Source: Eledone cirrhosa (taxonomy: Eukaryota). Taken from it: a DNA stretch of 64,000 bases. The DNA is taken from contig OZ024743.1 of assembly GCA_964016885.1 (NCBI GenBank), forward strand, positions 123,876,001 through 123,940,000, written 5' to 3'. Each line of letters opens with the position of its first letter. The stretch's first letter is position 1. A model generated the notes under the pieces. It saw only the letters and a list, made by a program, of their open reading frames with translations, did not search any database and was not told where the DNA came from. The position numbers were made by a program, and so were the translations under genes. This document shows, piece by piece, positions 57,201-64,000 of the stretch.

Positions 57201-60200
57201 ACTCAAACAGACACATACATTCCCACAAACTCACACATACATTCACACAAACACACATACATTCACACGAACACATACATACATTCACACACATACATCC
57301 ACACAATCACATACATTCACACAAACACACACATACATTCATTCAAACACACACATATATTCACACAAACACACATACATTCACACAAACAGACACATAT
57401 ATTCACACAAACACATCCATACATTCACACAAACACACACATACATTCACACAAACACACATACATTCACACAAACACACACATACATTCACACAAACAC
57501 ACACATACATTCACACAAACAGACACATAAATTCACACAAACACACACATATTCACACAAACACACACGCACATTCACACAAACACACACATACATTCAC
57601 ACAGACACAAACATACATTCACACAAACACACACATATTCACACAAACACACACATACATTCACACAAACACACAAACATACATTCACACAAACACACAA
57701 ACATACATTCACACAAACACATACATACATTCACACAAACACATACATACATTCACACAAACACACACACATATTCACACAAACACACACACATATTCAC
57801 ACAAACTCACACATACATTCACACAAACACACACATACATTCACACAAACACACACATACATTCACACAAACACACAAACATACATTCACACAAACACAC
57901 ACATACATTCACACAAACACACTTATACATTCACACAAACACATACATACATTCACACAAACACACACACATATTCACACAAACACACACATACATTCAC
58001 ACAAACACACACATACATTCACACAAACACACACATACATTCACACAAACACACAAACATAAATTCACACAAACACACACATACATTCACACAAACACAC
58101 ATACTTTCACAGAAACACACATACATTCACACAAACACATACATACATTCACACACATACATTCACGCAAACACACACATACATTCACACAAACACATAT
58201 ATTCACACAAACACACATACATTCACACAAACACACAAACATACATTCACACAAACACACAAACATACATTCACACAAATACAGACATACATTCACACAA
58301 ACACACACATACATTCAAACGAACACACACATATATTCATTCAAACACACACATATTTTCACACAAACACACATACATTCACACAAACACACACAGACAT
58401 TCACACAAACACACATTCATTCACACAAACACACACATACATTCATATAAACACACACATACATTCACACAAACACACACACACATTCACACAAACACAC
58501 ACATATTCACACAAACACACACATACATTCACACAAACACACAAACATAAATTCACACAAACACACACATACATTCACACAAACACACATACTTTCACAC
58601 AAACACAGACATTATCACTCAAACAGGCACATACATTCCCACAAACTCACACATACATTCACACAAACACACATACATTCACACAAACACATACATACAT
58701 TCACACACATACATCCACACAAACACATACGTTCACACAAACACACACATACATTCATTCAAACACACATATATTCACACAAACACACATACATTCACAC
58801 AAACAGACACATATATTCACACAAACACATCCATACATTCACACAAACACACACATACATTCACACAAACACACATACATTCACACAAACACACACATAC
58901 ATTCACACAAACACACACATACATTCACACAAACAGACACATAAATTCACACAAACACACACATATTCACACAAACACACACGCACATTCACACAAACAC
59001 ACACATACATTCACACAGACACAAACATACATTCACACAAACACACACATATTCACACAAACACACAAACATACATTCACACAAACACATACATACATTC
59101 ACACAAACACACAAACATACATTCACACAAACACACAAACATACATTCACACAAACACACAAACATACATTCACACAAACACATACATACATTCACTCAA
59201 ACACATACATACATTCACACAAACACACACACATATTCACACAAACTCACACATACATTCACACAAACACACACATACATTCACACAAACACACAAACAT
59301 ACATTCACACAAACACACACATACATTCACACAAACACACTTATACATTCACACAAACACATACATACATTCACACAAACACACACACATATTCACACAA
59401 ACACACACATACATTCACACAAACACACACATACATTCACACAAACACACACATACATTCACACAAACACACAAACATACATTCACACAAACACACACAT
59501 ACATTCACACAAACACACTTATACATTCACACAATCACATACATACATTCACACAAACACACACATACATTCACACAAACACACACATACTTTCAAACGA
59601 ACACACTCATACATTCATTCAAACACACACATATATTCACACAAACACACACATACATTCACACAAACACACACAAACACATACATATCACACAAACAGA
59701 CACATACATTCACACAAACACACAGATACATTAACACACACACACATACATTCACACAAACACATACATACATCCACACAAACACATACATTCACACAAA
59801 CACACACATACATTCATTCAAACACACACATATAGTCACACAAACACATACATACATTCACACAAACATACACATATATTCACACAAACACATACATACA
59901 TTCACACAAACACACACATACATTCACACAAACACACACATACATTCACACAAACACACACATACATTCACACAAACAGACACATAAATTCACACAAACA
60001 CACATATTCACACAAACACACACGTACATTCACACAAACACACACATACATTCACACAGACACACACATACATTCACACAAACACACACATATTCACACA
60101 AACACACATACATACATTCACACAAACACACACATACATTAACACAAACACACACATATATTCACACAAACACACACAGACATTCACACAAACACACACG

Positions 60201-60928
60201 CACATTCACACAAACACACACATACATTCACACAGACACACACATACATTCACACAAACACACACATATTCACACAAACACATAAACATACATTCTCACA
60301 AACACACAAACATACATACACACAAACATACATTCACACAAACATACATTCACACAAACACATACATACATTCACACAAACACATACATACATTCACACA
60401 AACACACACACATACATTCACACAAACACACACATACATTCACACAAACACACACATACATTCACACAAACACACAAACATACATTCACACAAACACACA
60501 CATACATTCACACAAACACACACATACATTCACACGAGCACACGCATACATTCACACAAACACACACATACATTCACAGATATACATACATACATTCACA
60601 CAAACACACACATGCATTCACACAAACACACACATAGATTCACACAAACACACACAGACATTCACACAAACACATACATACATTCACATATACACACACA
60701 TACATTCACACAATCACACATAGATTCACACATACATTCACACAAACACACACATACATTCACACAAACACACACATACATTCACACAAACACACACATA
60801 CATTCACACAAACACACTCATACATTCAGACAAACTCATACATTCACACAAACACACACATACATTCACACAAACACACACATACATTCACATAAGCACA
60901 CACATACATTCACACAAACACACACATA
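42285..60928. repeat. ~18.6 kb complex satellite, ~18-22 bp monomer (cattcacacaaacacacacata) with higher-order repeats
   Basis: Seen directly; rare variant blocks recur at kb spacings. The array resumes at 61569-~61905. Confidence 0.97.
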
Positions 60929-61568
60929 TTTTCTAAGGCGGGTAAAATTCCCGAGATCCATGGACTTGTTCTCTCCAGCGGTCTCTGTCCCTCATTGTCG
61001 CTGCCATGTCCTGCGTCTGCAACAGACCAGTGTCTTTCCTTAGGGCAGCAACATACGTTAACCTTGGTCTTCCCCTTCTAGTGTGTCCATGTAGCGGCGC
61101 CCAAAGGAGCACTGAGTGCAATGTCAACTCTGGATGTCGGTGAGCATGTCCAGCTAACCTCAGTCTCCTCTGTGTCACTTTTGAGCTGACTTTTGGGATG
61201 CTCCCATGCTTTCATCCTCAGTCATGGTTTTCATTGACTTTAGGAAGGCCTTTGATTCTGTGGACCGTTACTGCCTGATGAAGATCTTACAGGCTTATGG
61301 AATCCCCAAGAGGATAGTCGACCTGATATCACTGCTCTACACCAACACCAAAGCCCAAGTCATTACACCTGATGGGATGACAGAGTTCTTTGAGATACTG
61401 GCTGGAGTGCTCCAGGGAGATACATTGGCTCCCTACCTTTTTATCATCGTAGTGGACTATTGTATGCGCCTTGCACTGGAGAAACACCAGGACTCTGGCT
61501 TTACTGTAGCACCGGCTCAGAGCAGGAGAGTTAGGGCGAAAAAGGTATCGGATGCTGAATTTGCCGAC
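60929..61568 (-). mobile_element. RTE-clade LINE insertion, 5'-truncated with inversion
   Basis: 60933-61205 (-): RRLRLAGHAHRH..VLLW....RRGRPRLTY...DRDRWR then stop. 61206-61568 (+): FIDFRKAFDSV...GVLQGDTLAPYLF...EFAD. Confidence 0.9.
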
Positions 61569-62103
61569 ACATATATTCACACAAATATACACATATATTC
61601 ACACAAACACACACATACATTAACACAAACACACACATGCATTCACACAAACACACTCATACATTCACACAAACACATACATACATTCACACAAACACAC
61701 ACATACATTCACAGATACACATACATACATTCACACAAACAAACACATACATTCATACAAACACACTCATACATTCACACAAACACACACATACATTCAC
61801 ACAAACCCACACATACATTCACACTAACACACACATACATTCACACAAACACAGACATATATTCACACAAACACACTCATACATTCACACAAACACATAT
61901 ACACAGTAAGTATTACATACGCAGCGTTCTATGTATGAGTTATGTATGAATATATAAATATGAACGCGCAAACTCACACACAAACACTCACACATATATA
62001 CTAACACAAACACACAGACATACATTCACACAAACACACACATATAGCGTTTCACCACCTCCTTCCTTCCTTTCTTTTACACACACATACATTCGCGCAG
62101 GCA

Positions 62104-62390
62104 GCAGACGTAAAAAGAGAGGAGTAGTATGAGGTAGTCAAGCTACTCTTTTCTCTTTATGTGTTGTACGCAGGCCGCAGGCGTAAAGAGAAAGGAGTAG
62201 TATGACGTGGTCAATCTACTCCTCTCTCTTTACGTGTTGTACCCAGGACACAGACGTAAAGAGAGAGGAGTAGTATGAGGTAGTCCAACTACTCCTTTCT
62301 CTTTGTGTTGCACGCAAACCGCAGACATAAAGAGAGAGGAGTAGTATGAGGTAGTCAAACTACTCCTCTCTCTATAAGTGTTGTGACAGA
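62104..62390. repeat. Four tandem ~72-bp units, each an internal hairpin
   Basis: Units start at 62104, 62177, 62250 and 62321; consensus arms cgtaaagagagaggagtag / ctactcctctctctttacg. Confidence 0.9.
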
Positions 62391-62510
62391 ATCGTAGAAA
62401 TTTATATATAGATGTAAACAAACATCGTGCGCGAAGCTAGAACTTTCGAACTTAGAGACAGAAAAAGATGTTGCTACGAGGAATCAAACTTCATATCTTA
62501 CCGCCTAAAT

Positions 62511-62818
62511 CAGTCATGGGCAACCTGTGAACCGCGGAGCGCATGCGGCCCGCGAAGCTTTCTGAATGGCTCGCCTAAGTCATCTAAGTGAAATCTTTCT
62601 AATCTTTTTACCCCAACTTTTCAGTCGTAATTTATCTTTCTATCATTTTTACGATCGAGGAAAACAACGTGTACGAATTCTGAAGAAACAAATCAAAACA
62701 ACTTGAGTTATCACCCTTTTTTTAACGCGGGAACGAATGTAAATTAGCGCTTGCGGCCCGCCTGAGGATGAGCCATATCTCATGCAGCTCGCTTCTCGAA
62801 AAAGGTTGCCCATGCCCA
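62511..62818 (-). mobile_element. hAT MITE, sister of 4010-4300
   Basis: TIRs cagtcatgggcaacc / ggttgcccatgccca; TSD gcctaaat / gtctaaat (7/8). Confidence 0.88.
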
Positions 62819-63639
62819 GTCTAAATTATAGATGGAGCTGAATCAAACAGTTTTAGAAAATGAAAACAAACATCGTGTCAAATACTGTAGTGGTTGTAGT
62901 ACACTGTTATAACTAAACTGCTGTTCTGATTAACCTAAATAAACTGAAGTAAATTTAACTATTTCCATTTGCTGTTTAGTTTCGCTTCACTGAATTTTCT
63001 TAGTACCAAATTCTCTTCAGTCAAACTGAAACTGGAAACATTCAGTGACTTGTCCAATGACACGTGTCACAACTAATTACAGAATACGATGTCAAAGCAA
63101 GAGACCGATACTATATGCATTCAGATATTGTGTCTACTCAATCAGAATACCATTCCAACAGTGTTCGGTTGCTATAAGTCGAGCATCGTACAGGAAATCT
63201 ACTCGATCAAAATCAGAAGCAAATTTACATTAGATAACAATCATTTTATTCAAATTCGCACATCAATATATCAATGCTATTGAAAGAGTTCATCATCTTT
63301 CTAAATATACAATTGTAATTTGATTTGTTCTCCAAATGGAGAAATTTATATAAAATAATGTAATGATAAATTCAATACATTGTCTTCAAATTGCGAGGAT
63401 AATCTCAGTCAATAAAAGTTTTTCAACTGATTATCTATATATTACTAAATGTCTGTGATTGCTTGCTTGTCTGTAATGTAATACATCAAAAAGGGCGCAT
63501 AATAGGCAAATACTTTCAAAGGAAGTAGACCCTGAAATGCGAATACAAATAGAATAAAACAGGTTTCGCGTAAATCGGAGGATAGGTTCCCGGGTACCTT
63601 CATAAACAGAGAAAGAAAGAGAAGGATAGAGAGAAAAAG

Positions 63640-63925
63640 ATAGTTCTTGTGAAAGAGTAGATTGAAAGAGAGACATAGAGAGAGGGAGAAGAGACAGAGA
63701 AGGAGAATGGAAGAGAGCTGGTGGTGTTGTTGTGTATATGTATATATATATATGTGTGTGTGGGTGCGTGTATATATATGTGTGTGTGGCGTATATGTGT
63801 GTGTGTGTGTCTATGACCAGTGCATATAGATCACAGACACCCACATATATACATATGCACATTCATATACATATATATATATATGTATATACACACACAT
63901 TTATATATATACATACACACAGTTT
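63640..63925. repeat. Mixed GA/TA/TG/CA low-complexity tract
   Basis: Seen directly. Confidence 0.85.
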
Positions 63926-64000
63926 ATATATGGGCCTTCCAGTTTCATTTCACATTATATACATGTCTGTGTATATTTTAATTATTTAAAAATTATTTTT

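Noticed and set aside
42187-61043. Long His/Thr-rich ORFs (up to 744 aa)
   Set aside because: They are translations of a nearly G-free satellite that rarely forms stops; ORFs overlap in several frames and have no unique coding sequence.

Overview
AT-rich, microsatellite-dense animal genomic DNA. The SINE and repeat repertoire suggests an octopus or other cephalopod (inference). I cannot support any intact host gene; the window is mostly decayed transposons plus an ~18.6 kb complex (CA)-derived satellite (42.3-60.9 kb) with kb-scale higher-order structure. Elements found: three Penelope-like elements (PLE; RT and/or C-terminal GIY-YIG), one nearly intact at 35863-37665; LINE remnants resembling the I/Jockey, L1/Tx1, R4/Dong, RTE and CRE clades; many tRNA-derived SINE copies, often stacked; several non-autonomous Helitrons with TC...hairpin-CTAG ends; hAT, Tc1/mariner and pogo MITEs with TSDs; and Buster/Charlie-like and rosa-like transposase remnants. 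The most notable signal is at RNA level: six type I hammerhead ribozyme motifs from four element families. One has a long branched stem II, one is split by a Helitron exactly after its GAAA, and two sit in inverted PLE arms. Also notable are several 5'-inverted retro-insertions, a cluster of fold-backs at 5.6-12.1 kb and a tandem array of four pre-miRNA-sized hairpins at 62.1-62.4 kb. The long His/Thr-rich and Y/I/C/V ORFs are repeat artefacts. All alignments and folds were done by eye, and boundaries of decayed elements are approximate.
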